From: an uncultured Bacteroidota bacterium | GTDB taxonomy: Bacteria > Bacteroidota > Bacteroidia > Bacteroidales > WCHB1-69 | DNA length: 64,000 bases | Direction of reading: 5' to 3' | Assembly: GCA_942493315.1 (NCBI GenBank) | Contig: OW818690.1 | Coordinates: forward strand, 2,503,275 to 2,567,274 | Part shown: positions 29,268-38,740 of the stretch, piece after piece | Layout: every line of letters begins with the position of its first letter | Numbering within the stretch: position 1 is the stretch's first letter | Program-made: the position numbers and the translations under genes | Notes under the pieces: generated by a model | The model's input: only the letters and a program-made list of their open reading frames with translations | Databases searched by the model: none | What the model was told of the DNA's origin: nothing

Positions 29268-30145
29268 TAACAACCGACAAATTAAAAGGATTAGGAGTTG
29301 CCATGATCACTCCATTTACTAAAGAAGGTGCTATTGATGAAAAAGCATTGATTCTTTTAACTCATAATCTAATCGAAAATGGAGTTGATTATTTGGTTTT
29401 ATTAGGAACAACTGCAGAAACCCCTACATTAAACCATCAAGAACGCAATTTTGTCGTGAAAACTGTTGTTAGTGAAGCTCAAAAAAGAGTTCCTATTATT
29501 GTTGGAATCGCCAGTTATTCAACACAAGAAGTGATTGAAACCATTTATTCGACCGATTTTGAAGGAATAGATGCCATATTGTCTGTAACTCCTTACTATA
29601 ACAAACCTTCACAAGAGGGTTTGTATCAACATTTTAAAGTTATTTCAGAAGTATCACCTGTTCCGGTCATTCTGTATACCATAAAATCAAGAACAATGGT
29701 AAATATGGAATCCGAAACAACGCTTCGATTAGCTCAGTTACCCAATATTATCGGTGTTAAGGAAGCTTCCGGAAACCTGAATCAGATTATGAAAATTATC
29801 AAACATAAACCGGATGATTTTGTGGTTATTTCAGGTGATGATGCCATAACATTACCATTATTGGCTGTCGGAATAGATGGATTGATTTCAGTGGTTGCAA
29901 ATGCTTATCCTAAACAAATGGTCGAAATGGTACATTGTGCTATGAATAACCAATTTGATAAAGCAAAAGTGATTCATAATCAAGTGCTTGATATTACTCA
30001 AGCCTGTTTTAAAGAGGGAAGCCCTTCCGGAATTAAAGCTTTAATGTCTATCCAAAATAAAATCGAAAATGTGCTAAGATTGCCTTTAATGCCCGTTTCC
30101 GATTCACTTTATCAGTTTTTTAAAGAAAACCAACTAAAACCATGA
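29264..30145 (+). CDS. dapA: 4-hydroxy-tetrahydrodipicolinate synthase
   Basis: GVAMITPF, GTTAETPTL, TPYYNKPSQEGLYQHF and GVKEASGN motifs. Confidence 0.9.
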   Translation: MITTDKLKGLGVAMITPFTKEGAIDEKALILLTHNLIENGVDYLVLLGTTAETPTLNHQERNFVVKTVVSEAQKRVPIIVGIASYSTQEVIETIYSTDFEGIDAILSVTPYYNKPSQEGLYQHFKVISEVSPVPVILYTIKSRTMVNMESETTLRLAQLPNIIGVKEASGNLNQIMKIIKHKPDDFVVISGDDAITLPLLAVGIDGLISVVANAYPKQMVEMVHCAMNNQFDKAKVIHNQVLDITQACFKEGSPSGIKALMSIQNKIENVLRLPLMPVSDSLYQFFKENQLKP

Positions 30146-31869
30146 AAAAAATAGTATTTCTAATCCTTATATTCTTTTCTTTTTTAACCATTTTCGCTCA
30201 GTCCAATCATTCTGAATTACGACGAATTATTCAAAATAATCCGGGTGTTTATGTCGATGTTGTTGTAAATTCTAAAGAGGAAGTTCAAAAATTGATGCAT
30301 CATTTTTCTATCGAAAAAAGCGATGTTAAAAAAGTGGATGATCAATTCTATGTAAAAATCTGGTTGACAAATATTTACATTGATCAATTTATTGAAACCG
30401 AAATACCTTATCAAATTGATTATAAGTCAATGGAAAGTGATAATAATACGAAAGCATGGACCATGGCAACAACTGTGGATCAGATGGCGTCATGGAACAG
30501 ATATCCTACTTATTCTGTCTATTTACAAATGATGAGTAATTTTCAAACGAACTTTCCCAATTTATGCTCTATTGATACTATTTTAGCTAATACAACAAGA
30601 AATCATGCCATTTTAGCAGCACATATCACTAATCCTAATAGTGAGAACCAAAATAAACCCGCTTTTTTGTATTCAGCTTGTATGCATGGGGACGAAATTT
30701 GCGGATATACCAATCTATTACGGTTAATCGATTATATTTTAAATAATCCTAACGATTCTGTCGTGCAAAAAATTCTCAATAATGTTGAATTGTATATTTG
30801 TCCATTGGAAAATCCGGATGGAACTTTCCCCTTTAATAATAATTCTGTATCCAATTCTGTTCGTTCAAATTATGCAGGTTACGATTTAAATAGAAGTTAT
30901 CCCGACGCTGGCAATACTAATGAACCTACAGTGAATATTGCTGAGATTAATGCCATGTTATCTTTTATTGATACCAAATCAATCATGATGTCTGCTAATT
31001 TTCACGGAGGAGCTGAGTTGTATAATTATGCATGGGATTCATGGACATCCTCACAAATTGAACATCCGGATACCCCTTGGTGGCTCTATATTGGAGATCA
31101 TTTTGTGGATACACTTAGAGTTTATTCACCAACCACTTATTTTACAGGAGAAGGCTCTGTTGGCAGTGTAACTAATGGAGGTGACTGGTATGTTGTATCA
31201 GGATCAAAATTAGATTGTTTAAACTATTACCATCAATGTCGGGATGTGACCATAGAGATTGCATCAGAAAAAAAAACGGATTCAAATCAATTACCCAACT
31301 ATTGGAACTATCTACACAGATCATTGCTGCACTATATTGTCGAATCAACGTATGGGTTTTCAGGAATTGTAACCGATACAGTTTCACATGAACCGATCCA
31401 AAGTTTGATTTTTGTCAATACTCATGATAACAATCAGTCTTCTACGTTTTCTCATGCTGAAACAGGTAAATACTTTAGACCCATAAAAGGGGGAAATTAC
31501 TCTGTTTCATTCAGTGCTGTAGGGTATAAATCCAAAACGATCAATATAAATTGTGCTGATGGTGCTTTGTATAATTTGAATGTTGAATTGGTGCCCAATA
31601 ATTTTTCAGTTGCTGAGTCCAATTTAGATAATCAAATTCTGCTTTTCCCAAATCCAGCTAAAAATATACTGAACATCACTTTTGATGATCAGCTTCAAGG
31701 CGAAAAGTTGGTAAGTTTATATGCAATTAATGGCAGTTTCATTACATCAGAAAGAACTCAAAATTCGGAACTTATGGTTGATGTAACCCAAATTCCAAAA
31801 GGTGTTTATTTTGTAAAAATTGATATTGGAACAGAAACGATTTTGAAAAAAGTAGTTATTTTTAAGTAA
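30142..31869 (+). CDS. M14 zinc carboxypeptidase with T9SS C-terminal sorting domain
   Basis: HGDEICGY, NPDG and ANFHGGAE motifs; C-terminal LLFPNPAKNILNITF...KGVYFVKI...VVIFK tail. Confidence 0.85.
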   Translation: MKKIVFLILIFFSFLTIFAQSNHSELRRIIQNNPGVYVDVVVNSKEEVQKLMHHFSIEKSDVKKVDDQFYVKIWLTNIYIDQFIETEIPYQIDYKSMESDNNTKAWTMATTVDQMASWNRYPTYSVYLQMMSNFQTNFPNLCSIDTILANTTRNHAILAAHITNPNSENQNKPAFLYSACMHGDEICGYTNLLRLIDYILNNPNDSVVQKILNNVELYICPLENPDGTFPFNNNSVSNSVRSNYAGYDLNRSYPDAGNTNEPTVNIAEINAMLSFIDTKSIMMSANFHGGAELYNYAWDSWTSSQIEHPDTPWWLYIGDHFVDTLRVYSPTTYFTGEGSVGSVTNGGDWYVVSGSKLDCLNYYHQCRDVTIEIASEKKTDSNQLPNYWNYLHRSLLHYIVESTYGFSGIVTDTVSHEPIQSLIFVNTHDNNQSSTFSHAETGKYFRPIKGGNYSVSFSAVGYKSKTININCADGALYNLNVELVPNNFSVAESNLDNQILLFPNPAKNILNITFDDQLQGEKLVSLYAINGSFITSERTQNSELMVDVTQIPKGVYFVKIDIGTETILKKVVIFK

Positions 31870-32000
31870 CCTTTCGCCCTTAGCCTTTCGTCTTAATAGC
31901 ACACTGATGACACTGATTAAACAGATGACCACAGATTAGAAATAAGCTAATTTGAAATTAAACCAAAATCAAGTATTATAGCTAGATAATTCAAAAAAAA

Positions 32001-32114
32001 TTATTTCACAATGTTACACAGTGTTGAATGATGTTTCACAGTGTTAATTTATCCTAACTTTTTAATTTTAATACACTTTGGAACACAATATAACACAGTG
32101 GGACGCTACTATCC
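32001..32114. repeat. 114-bp CACAGTG-rich quasi-palindromic element, copy A
   Basis: Aligns along its length with 56066-56179. Confidence 0.8.
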
Positions 32115-32156
32115 AAAAAAATAAAATTTAATGAATTACTTTTTAATTTCTTAAAT

Positions 32157-32202
32157 CCCTTTAGCCCTTAGCCCTTAGCCCTTAGCCCTTAGCCCTTAGC
32201 CT
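32157..32202. repeat. CCCTTAG heptamer x5-6
   Basis: Read directly; runs up to the stop codon of the minus-strand gene at 32203. Confidence 0.9.
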
Positions 32203-33636
32203 TTATTTCCCGGATCCTTTCAATACGATCAAAGCTGTGTAAATCAGAATTTTAAAGTCCATTTGAAGAGACATATTATCTAAGTATAAAATATCCCATT
32301 TTAAGCGTTCAACCATCTCATCCACATTTTCAGCATATCCAAACTTCACTTGTCCCCAGGAAGTCATGCCTGGTTTGATGGTCATCAAAAGTTTGTAGTA
32401 TGGTGCAACTTTAACAATTTGATCGATATAATATTGTCGCTCAGGACGAGGACCTACTAATGACATATCTCCTTTTAAAACATTGAAAAACTGAGGAATC
32501 TCATCTAAACGGGATTTTCTCATGAATTTTCCGAAATTGGTAATTCTGGAATCCGTTTTGCTCGATAATTGAGGTGTCCCCACTTCAGCATTCACCACCA
32601 TTGATCTGAATTTGATGATTTTAAAAGTTTTCCCCATCAACCCAATTCTCTCTTGAGTGTAAAATATGGGTCCTTTTGAAGTTATTTTTACCCCAATAAT
32701 TAAAAATAAGTACAATGGGGATAGTATGATAATAGCAATTAAAGATAAAAAAATATCTGTGACCCTTTTCAGTTGTTGTTGAAATGGTGTTAGTTTTTCA
32801 TGTGAAATTAAAATCAGTGGTTCTTGTAAAACATTAGATGTTTTGATATTACCTAAAATATAATCTTGCGTTAAAGGGATAATTTTTAACACCAAATTAC
32901 GGGTATATCCAACAGTGGAAATGATCGTGTCAATATGTTTCCTTTTCCCGTTTTGAACCGCAAGAATTAACTCATCCACTTGATATTGCTGAATCAGATT
33001 GGTCAGATCTTCCATAGTACCCAAACATGGGATTTTTTCAGAAATAATATGATCCGTTTCATCTGGAACAGTCACATATCCAACGATATATTTTGCGGCA
33101 GATTTGTCTTGTTTAGTGATATTCAAATAGGTATTCAAAGCATTTTGATCACTACCTACAATAATCGTATTAAATCCAATTTTCCCGTTTGAAATTTTTG
33201 TATTGATGATTGTTGTTATCGTGACTTTTGGAATGTACGTCAAAAGAAATTGAAGAGAAAAATAGAGTAGAAAATATTTTACTAATTCAATTTGTCTGAT
33301 ATTTTCATTGGTCACCTGATCATCAAGTATAAATAAAAAGAAAAATATTATAGAGCCTAAAAGCGAGATCCAAAACGTGAGTCCAAATTCCTGAATCCTT
33401 GATTTTTTATATAATTTCGTATAATAACCTGATAAGGCGTAGAAAAAAAGCCAAACAGGAACTACAAACATGATCCCATAATATAAGTTAGGATCTAAAA
33501 GAACCGAATCTGTGAAATTAGGATAGAAAAAAGGATTTATATTGTATTTTCTATAAATAAAAAATAAAAACCAGGCTATGAGAGATCCGAAAAAATCAAA
33601 GAATATGTAAGAAAAAAAGAGTTTATTTCTATTCAT
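32203..33636 (-). CDS. Polyprenyl-phosphate sugar phosphotransferase (WbaP/EpsB-like initiating transferase)
   Basis: N-terminal TM segments; C-terminal bacterial sugar transferase motifs DEIPQFFNVLKGDMSLVGPRPE and PGMTSWGQV. Confidence 0.85.
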   Translation of the reverse strand: MNRNKLFFSYIFFDFFGSLIAWFLFFIYRKYNINPFFYPNFTDSVLLDPNLYYGIMFVVPVWLFFYALSGYYTKLYKKSRIQEFGLTFWISLLGSIIFFFLFILDDQVTNENIRQIELVKYFLLYFSLQFLLTYIPKVTITTIINTKISNGKIGFNTIIVGSDQNALNTYLNITKQDKSAAKYIVGYVTVPDETDHIISEKIPCLGTMEDLTNLIQQYQVDELILAVQNGKRKHIDTIISTVGYTRNLVLKIIPLTQDYILGNIKTSNVLQEPLILISHEKLTPFQQQLKRVTDIFLSLIAIIILSPLYLFLIIGVKITSKGPIFYTQERIGLMGKTFKIIKFRSMVVNAEVGTPQLSSKTDSRITNFGKFMRKSRLDEIPQFFNVLKGDMSLVGPRPERQYYIDQIVKVAPYYKLLMTIKPGMTSWGQVKFGYAENVDEMVERLKWDILYLDNMSLQMDFKILIYTALIVLKGSGK

Positions 33637-33638
33637 AT

Positions 33639-34547
33639 TTATTCAAATGTGATCAATTTGACATTGTCAAAACAGAAATTGGTAACACTGCTATTTAACC
33701 GGTTTCCTGTCATTACTAATTCAACTCCAATATAGGCTGCAGAGGAAGTATAATCCGTTAAAGTACTGGTTAGATTGATATAGATTTTTTTCCATTCGCC
33801 GTTCGTAGAGCGAAGCGAAACCAATGGAACCGGAGTAATTGCTCCTGTTGCTGTATGTACAAATAATTGGATATCAATATTATTCTCACATTTGTATTCC
33901 ATTTCCCAAAAGGTATAATTACCGCTTCCTTTTAAATAATACTTAGGACTTTTGATATCAAAATAAGTAGAATCCACGAGTGTAATTTTCCCTATGGTTC
34001 TGTTCTCTTCTTTTGTTACAATCATGTTTACACCATCAGCATCAATACTTGTAAATTCAGTGCTTTGTTCAAAAGTTTCTAATAATGGGAATTTAATACC
34101 TGAAGCATATTGGAATTTGATATTGCGATCTGATAATAAGTAGTTTTGTTCACGATTCATGTAATAAGTTGTTTTAAACGGTTCCAAGAAAGGATAAACC
34201 GGAATCATTGTTGAAACACCATTTAATCGAATACCGGGTACAATTTGTACAAAATTTGAATCGGTATAATTGGGAAGAACAGGGATTTTACAGGGAAGCT
34301 CCCAACATCCTAAGTTCTTACCATTGAAATAAACCCATACATCTTTGAAATTCTGAGATGCAATTGCATCCAATTCAATTTCCCCATACGATTCGTCCTG
34401 ATCACTATTAAACTGACTGACATCGACGCAGTTTTGTAAATCTTCTTTCGTTATGATTAAATAAGCCGGAGTTAAGTCCTGATCATCACATGATGCGAAA
34501 AATAGTGAAATGATCGTAATTAAAACTAAAATGTATCTTTTTTTCAT
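33639..34547 (-). CDS. Hypothetical lipoprotein
   Basis: Lipobox LFFASC. Confidence 0.5.
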   Translation of the reverse strand: MKKRYILVLITIISLFFASCDDQDLTPAYLIITKEDLQNCVDVSQFNSDQDESYGEIELDAIASQNFKDVWVYFNGKNLGCWELPCKIPVLPNYTDSNFVQIVPGIRLNGVSTMIPVYPFLEPFKTTYYMNREQNYLLSDRNIKFQYASGIKFPLLETFEQSTEFTSIDADGVNMIVTKEENRTIGKITLVDSTYFDIKSPKYYLKGSGNYTFWEMEYKCENNIDIQLFVHTATGAITPVPLVSLRSTNGEWKKIYINLTSTLTDYTSSAAYIGVELVMTGNRLNSSVTNFCFDNVKLITFE

Positions 34548-34673
34548 ACTATTTGAACGATGGAGATATATAATTATTTTAGAATGTTGATATTGTTGAT
34601 AAATAATTTTTGATTTTTAACAGGCTACAAAAGTATGAAAAAAAACCGTATTTCTCTAGTTTGTTTTTTTATG

Positions 34674-34681
34674 TATATTTG
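34674..34681 (+). promoter_or_regulatory. Bacteroidota-type -7 box TATATTTG
   Basis: 18 nt upstream of the pcm ATG. Confidence 0.55.
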
Positions 34682-34698
34682 CAAAAAAAATCTATAAT

Positions 34699-35343
34699 AT
34701 GGATTATTTACAAGGTGCCAAAAAAGGGTTGATAGCCATTCTTAAAAATAAAGGAATACATGATAGTCATGTTCTGAATGCTTTTGATAAAGTGGATAGA
34801 CATCTTTTTGTGGAGTCGTTCCTATGGCCTCATGTTTATGAAGATATTGCTTTACAAATACATTGCGACCAAACAATATCACAACCTTATACGGTGGCTT
34901 TTCAAAGTGAACTTTTACAAGTTAAAAAAGGAGATAAAATTTTGGAAATTGGTACCGGATCAGGTTTTCAAGCAGCTATTTTGAGTGCTATGGGAGCTAA
35001 AGTGTATTCTATTGAACGTCAATATGACTTATATAAAAAGACTAAAAAATTATTGGAAACTATTGACTATAAAATTATTACAGTTTTTGGAGATGGTTTT
35101 GAAGGATTGCCCAAATATGCCCCTTACGATAAAATGATTGTTACTTGTGGAGCTCCCAATGTACCAACAACACTTTTAAATCAATTGCAAATTGGGGGTG
35201 TTATTGTGATTCCTGTGGGAGATGAAAATCAAATTATGAAAAGAATTACAAAAGTGGATGAATATACTTATCAAGAGGAGCAATTCGGTGATTTTGTTTT
35301 CGTTCCCATGTTACAAAACAAAACCGGATCAGAAAGTTTTTAA
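34699..35343 (+). CDS. pcm: Protein-L-isoaspartate O-methyltransferase
   Basis: QTISQPYTVA and LEIGTGSGFQAAIL motifs. Confidence 0.9.
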   Translation: MDYLQGAKKGLIAILKNKGIHDSHVLNAFDKVDRHLFVESFLWPHVYEDIALQIHCDQTISQPYTVAFQSELLQVKKGDKILEIGTGSGFQAAILSAMGAKVYSIERQYDLYKKTKKLLETIDYKIITVFGDGFEGLPKYAPYDKMIVTCGAPNVPTTLLNQLQIGGVIVIPVGDENQIMKRITKVDEYTYQEEQFGDFVFVPMLQNKTGSESF

Positions 35344-36797
35344 TTATCTCTTCCTACTTCCAATGGATTCTTTTCCTTTTCTTCCTTTTGAAATAGTTGA
35401 ATAAGTAAGATTGGAAGGGATTTATCCAATGCAGGTGGATACCTCATGTATAATGTACCATCCGGTGAAAATAACAGATATTCAGGCAATGAATAGATCT
35501 CCATCTGATTTAACCACATATAGTTGTTGTTGAAATGGACAAATTCCCAATCAAACTGTTTGTATTTTTTCTTAAACTGAATAAATTTTGTTGGGTCAGC
35601 ATCTACAGAAACACTTACAAAAACAATATCATCCTTATAGGCTTTTTGTAATTCTTCAATAATCATCATCTCTTTAATACAATCCACACACTGAGTTGTG
35701 AAAAATTGATAAAAAACCCATTTTCCTTTAAAATCGTTTGGATTAAATTTTGATCCATTGGCATATCTAAAATCAAATTTCTCCACTTTAATTCCCTGCT
35801 CAAACTTAGTGACTTTATTCAATGCATTTTCTGCAATCTTTTTGTGCTCTGAAAATTTGGTATTTTTAATAATGTGCTGCAATAATTTGACCACATTTAG
35901 CTGTTCAAAATTTTCATTTCCAATAAATTGACTTAAATTTTTAATGATCACCAATTCCCTTAAACGTTCATTGACCAATGAATAATCTTTACCAATTTCA
36001 TTAAAAAGGGTCAGATAATCACATTTAATATTGATGGCATCATCTAAAACATTTTTAGAAATTTTAGGAGATAAATATAAATAGTTGTCATAGTAATAGT
36101 TAAATAACGACATATATGCAGGATTGTCATATAGAATATAATCGTTATTGAAATATTTATCAAATGTCTTTTTTTGATTTTTGGTGTTTACGATCACCTC
36201 GATCTGTCCCAATGTATAATAAATAAACGACAAATAAAAATTGGTTGGGTTGTATTCAATGGGGAAGTATTGACTCACTTCTAATTGTAAAGAATCAAAG
36301 TAATTATACGTTTTATTGTTGATTATATTTTTGATATGATTTTGAAGAATAGCTTCATAAAGGTATGAAAATTTCTGGATTTTAAAATTGAGATCATTGG
36401 TGTCTAAAAGATTAGGCTTGATTTCAATGTAGGCATTTTCATCCATGGGATTAAAGAGCGCGAACGATTCTTTATCCATATTCAATTCAAATTTATATTG
36501 ATAACCGGGGACTAAAAAAAGTTCGGAAGAAGAGGTGTTGATCTCAATTTTAGTAAGTTGTACTCCGGATGCTTTATATGAAAGTTGGAATTTACCGTTT
36601 GCATCAATCTTTGTACTGGCAACCAAAATGGGAGTAAAAGTGATGTAATCGGAATAATTGATGATTCTAATCTCATAATTGGCTGCAAAAGGAGCTGTCC
36701 CATCAATGGTAATCTCTTTTGGTTTTTGTGCCCAAACCAATGGAAAACAAAAAAGAGCCCAGACCAATAACAATTGAGATTTCCGGTTTTGTATCAT
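35340..36797 (-). CDS. Secreted protein with C-terminal TlpA/AhpC-like thioredoxin-fold domain
   Basis: Signal peptide; WVFYQFFTTQCVDC (CxxC) near the C-terminus. Confidence 0.65.
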   Translation of the reverse strand: MIQNRKSQLLLVWALFCFPLVWAQKPKEITIDGTAPFAANYEIRIINYSDYITFTPILVASTKIDANGKFQLSYKASGVQLTKIEINTSSSELFLVPGYQYKFELNMDKESFALFNPMDENAYIEIKPNLLDTNDLNFKIQKFSYLYEAILQNHIKNIINNKTYNYFDSLQLEVSQYFPIEYNPTNFYLSFIYYTLGQIEVIVNTKNQKKTFDKYFNNDYILYDNPAYMSLFNYYYDNYLYLSPKISKNVLDDAINIKCDYLTLFNEIGKDYSLVNERLRELVIIKNLSQFIGNENFEQLNVVKLLQHIIKNTKFSEHKKIAENALNKVTKFEQGIKVEKFDFRYANGSKFNPNDFKGKWVFYQFFTTQCVDCIKEMMIIEELQKAYKDDIVFVSVSVDADPTKFIQFKKKYKQFDWEFVHFNNNYMWLNQMEIYSLPEYLLFSPDGTLYMRYPPALDKSLPILLIQLFQKEEKEKNPLEVGRDN

Positions 36798-37252
36798 AAA
36801 GAGATATTTAAATGATCCGGAATTAGATGTTGAACAGATCCTTTGTTTTTCAAAAGATCTCTTACTATAGTAGAGGAAATGTGAGATAATTCCGGTTTGG
36901 TCATCAAAAATACAGTTTCAATACCAAAAAGTTGCGCATTATTTTGTGCAAAATCCTTTTCATACTCAAAATCGATACTGTTTCTGATTCCTCTAATGAT
37001 ATATTGGGCTTTTTTATCGATGCAATATTTCCCAGTTAAACCTGAATAGGAATCGATCTCAATTTTAGAATCTTGAAAAACTTGAGCAATTTGGTTTTTC
37101 CGGGTTTCCAAACTGAAAAAGGGTTGTTTTTCGAGGTGAATCCCTATGGCAATGATGATTTTATCAAATAATGGAAGTGCACGATTGATGATATCAACAT
37201 GTCCTTTGGTGATGGGGTCAAAAGATCCTGGAAAAACTGCAATTTTCATCAT
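36794..37252 (-). CDS. coaD: Phosphopantetheine adenylyltransferase
   Basis: AVFPGSFDPITKGHVDI and ISSTIVR motifs. Confidence 0.9.
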   Translation of the reverse strand: MMKIAVFPGSFDPITKGHVDIINRALPLFDKIIIAIGIHLEKQPFFSLETRKNQIAQVFQDSKIEIDSYSGLTGKYCIDKKAQYIIRGIRNSIDFEYEKDFAQNNAQLFGIETVFLMTKPELSHISSTIVRDLLKNKGSVQHLIPDHLNISL

Positions 37253-37257
37253 TTTTT

Positions 37258-37821
37258 TTATTCTCTGACAACCACAAAATTGTAATCATCAATAAATTTA
37301 ATTAATCTGGAGGGTTTAAGATCTTTAGCTTCATCATATTGTTCAGGGACAATATAATCAACGCGCTCTTTAATCACATTTGAAATATCATGAAAAGTCT
37401 GAGGGGCAGGCATTTCAGTGATGTTGGCAGAAGTAGAGATAATTGGTTTTCCAAATTGATGGATTAATTTTTGGCAAAATCTATTTTTTACTATTCTGAT
37501 CGCAATGGTGCCATCAGAAGAGATCAATTGTTCAGGTAAATTTTTTGCAGTTGGGTAGATGTAAGTTGTTGGCCTATAAGTATGAGCTAATAAATCCCAG
37601 GCAATAAGTGGAATTTTTGAAATATATAATGGTAATTTGTTTTCATTATCAAGTAAAATAATTAAACTTTTCCGTTCATGTCTTTCCTTGATTTTGAATA
37701 TTTTGTTAATAGCCTCAGGATTAGTTGCATCACACCCAAGTCCCCAAATTGTATCGGTAGGGTATAAGATCACTTTTCCCTGTTCTAAATATTCAATACA
37801 TTTTTTAATTTCGGAGTCCAT
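37258..37821 (-). CDS. tsaC: L-threonylcarbamoyladenylate synthase (YrdC/TsaC family)
   Basis: LYPTDTIWGLGCDA and PIISTSANI motifs. Confidence 0.85.
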   Translation of the reverse strand: MDSEIKKCIEYLEQGKVILYPTDTIWGLGCDATNPEAINKIFKIKERHERKSLIILLDNENKLPLYISKIPLIAWDLLAHTYRPTTYIYPTAKNLPEQLISSDGTIAIRIVKNRFCQKLIHQFGKPIISTSANITEMPAPQTFHDISNVIKERVDYIVPEQYDEAKDLKPSRLIKFIDDYNFVVVRE

Positions 37822-37911
37822 TTTTCTTTAACTTTTAGAATATCTTTAGTTTTGCAAAAATACTAAAAAAGATTCGTTGATTTATTCTACTTTTTATATT
37901 ATTTTTTCGAT

Positions 37912-37919
37912 TATTTTTG
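37912..37919 (+). promoter_or_regulatory. Bacteroidota-type -7 box TATTTTTG
   Basis: 22 nt upstream of the kdsA ATG. Confidence 0.55.
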
Positions 37920-37940
37920 CACTTTTAATACTATATAATT

Positions 37941-38735
37941 ATGATCACTTACCAAAACAATAATTTTTTCCTAATTGCAGGACCTTGCGTAGTTGAAAAC
38001 GAAGAGATTACCTATTCTATTGCACAAACCCTGAATGATCTTTGTAGAAAATATGAAATCCATTTTTTCTTCAAAGCATCCTACAAAAAAGCAAACCGCT
38101 CTTCATTGTTCTCCTTTACCGGAATTGGAGATAAGGAAGCTTTAGCCATTTTACAAAAAATTAAAACCGATTTTGAAATCCCTATCGTTACAGATGTTCA
38201 TTCTGTGGAGGAAGTTGAATTAGCTGCTACAGTTGCTGATGTACTTCAAATTCCTGCTTTTTTATCCAGACAAACTGATTTAATTCAAGCAGCAGCAAAA
38301 ACCGGAAAAATTATAAATATCAAAAAAGGTCAGTTTTTGTCACCTGATCAAATGAAGTTTGCCGTTGAAAAAGTGAGAAGTATGGGCAATCCTCAAGTGA
38401 TGATTACAGAAAGAGGAACCTCTTTTGGCTACCATGATCTGATTATTGATTATAGAGGAATTAAAGAACTTAAAACCAATGAATGCCCTGTCGTTCTAGA
38501 TTGTACACATTCATTACAAATTCCCAATCAACCTGCAGGTGTTACAGGAGGAAGACCCGATTTAATTGAAATAATTGCCAAAGCCGGCATCGCAGTAGGT
38601 TTTGATGGGTTGTTCATTGAAACGCATCCTGATCCTAAAAATGCCCTTTCTGATGGTGCAAATATGTTGCCATTACACGAATTGGAACCCCTTCTTATCC
38701 AATTATTGAAAATCAGATATGCAGTAACCAATTAA
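37941..38735 (+). CDS. kdsA: 3-deoxy-8-phosphooctulonate synthase
   Basis: IAGPCVVENEE, FKASYKKANRSS and LDCTHSLQ motifs. Confidence 0.9.
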   Translation: MITYQNNNFFLIAGPCVVENEEITYSIAQTLNDLCRKYEIHFFFKASYKKANRSSLFSFTGIGDKEALAILQKIKTDFEIPIVTDVHSVEEVELAATVADVLQIPAFLSRQTDLIQAAAKTGKIINIKKGQFLSPDQMKFAVEKVRSMGNPQVMITERGTSFGYHDLIIDYRGIKELKTNECPVVLDCTHSLQIPNQPAGVTGGRPDLIEIIAKAGIAVGFDGLFIETHPDPKNALSDGANMLPLHELEPLLIQLLKIRYAVTN

Positions 38736-38740
38736 TAAAA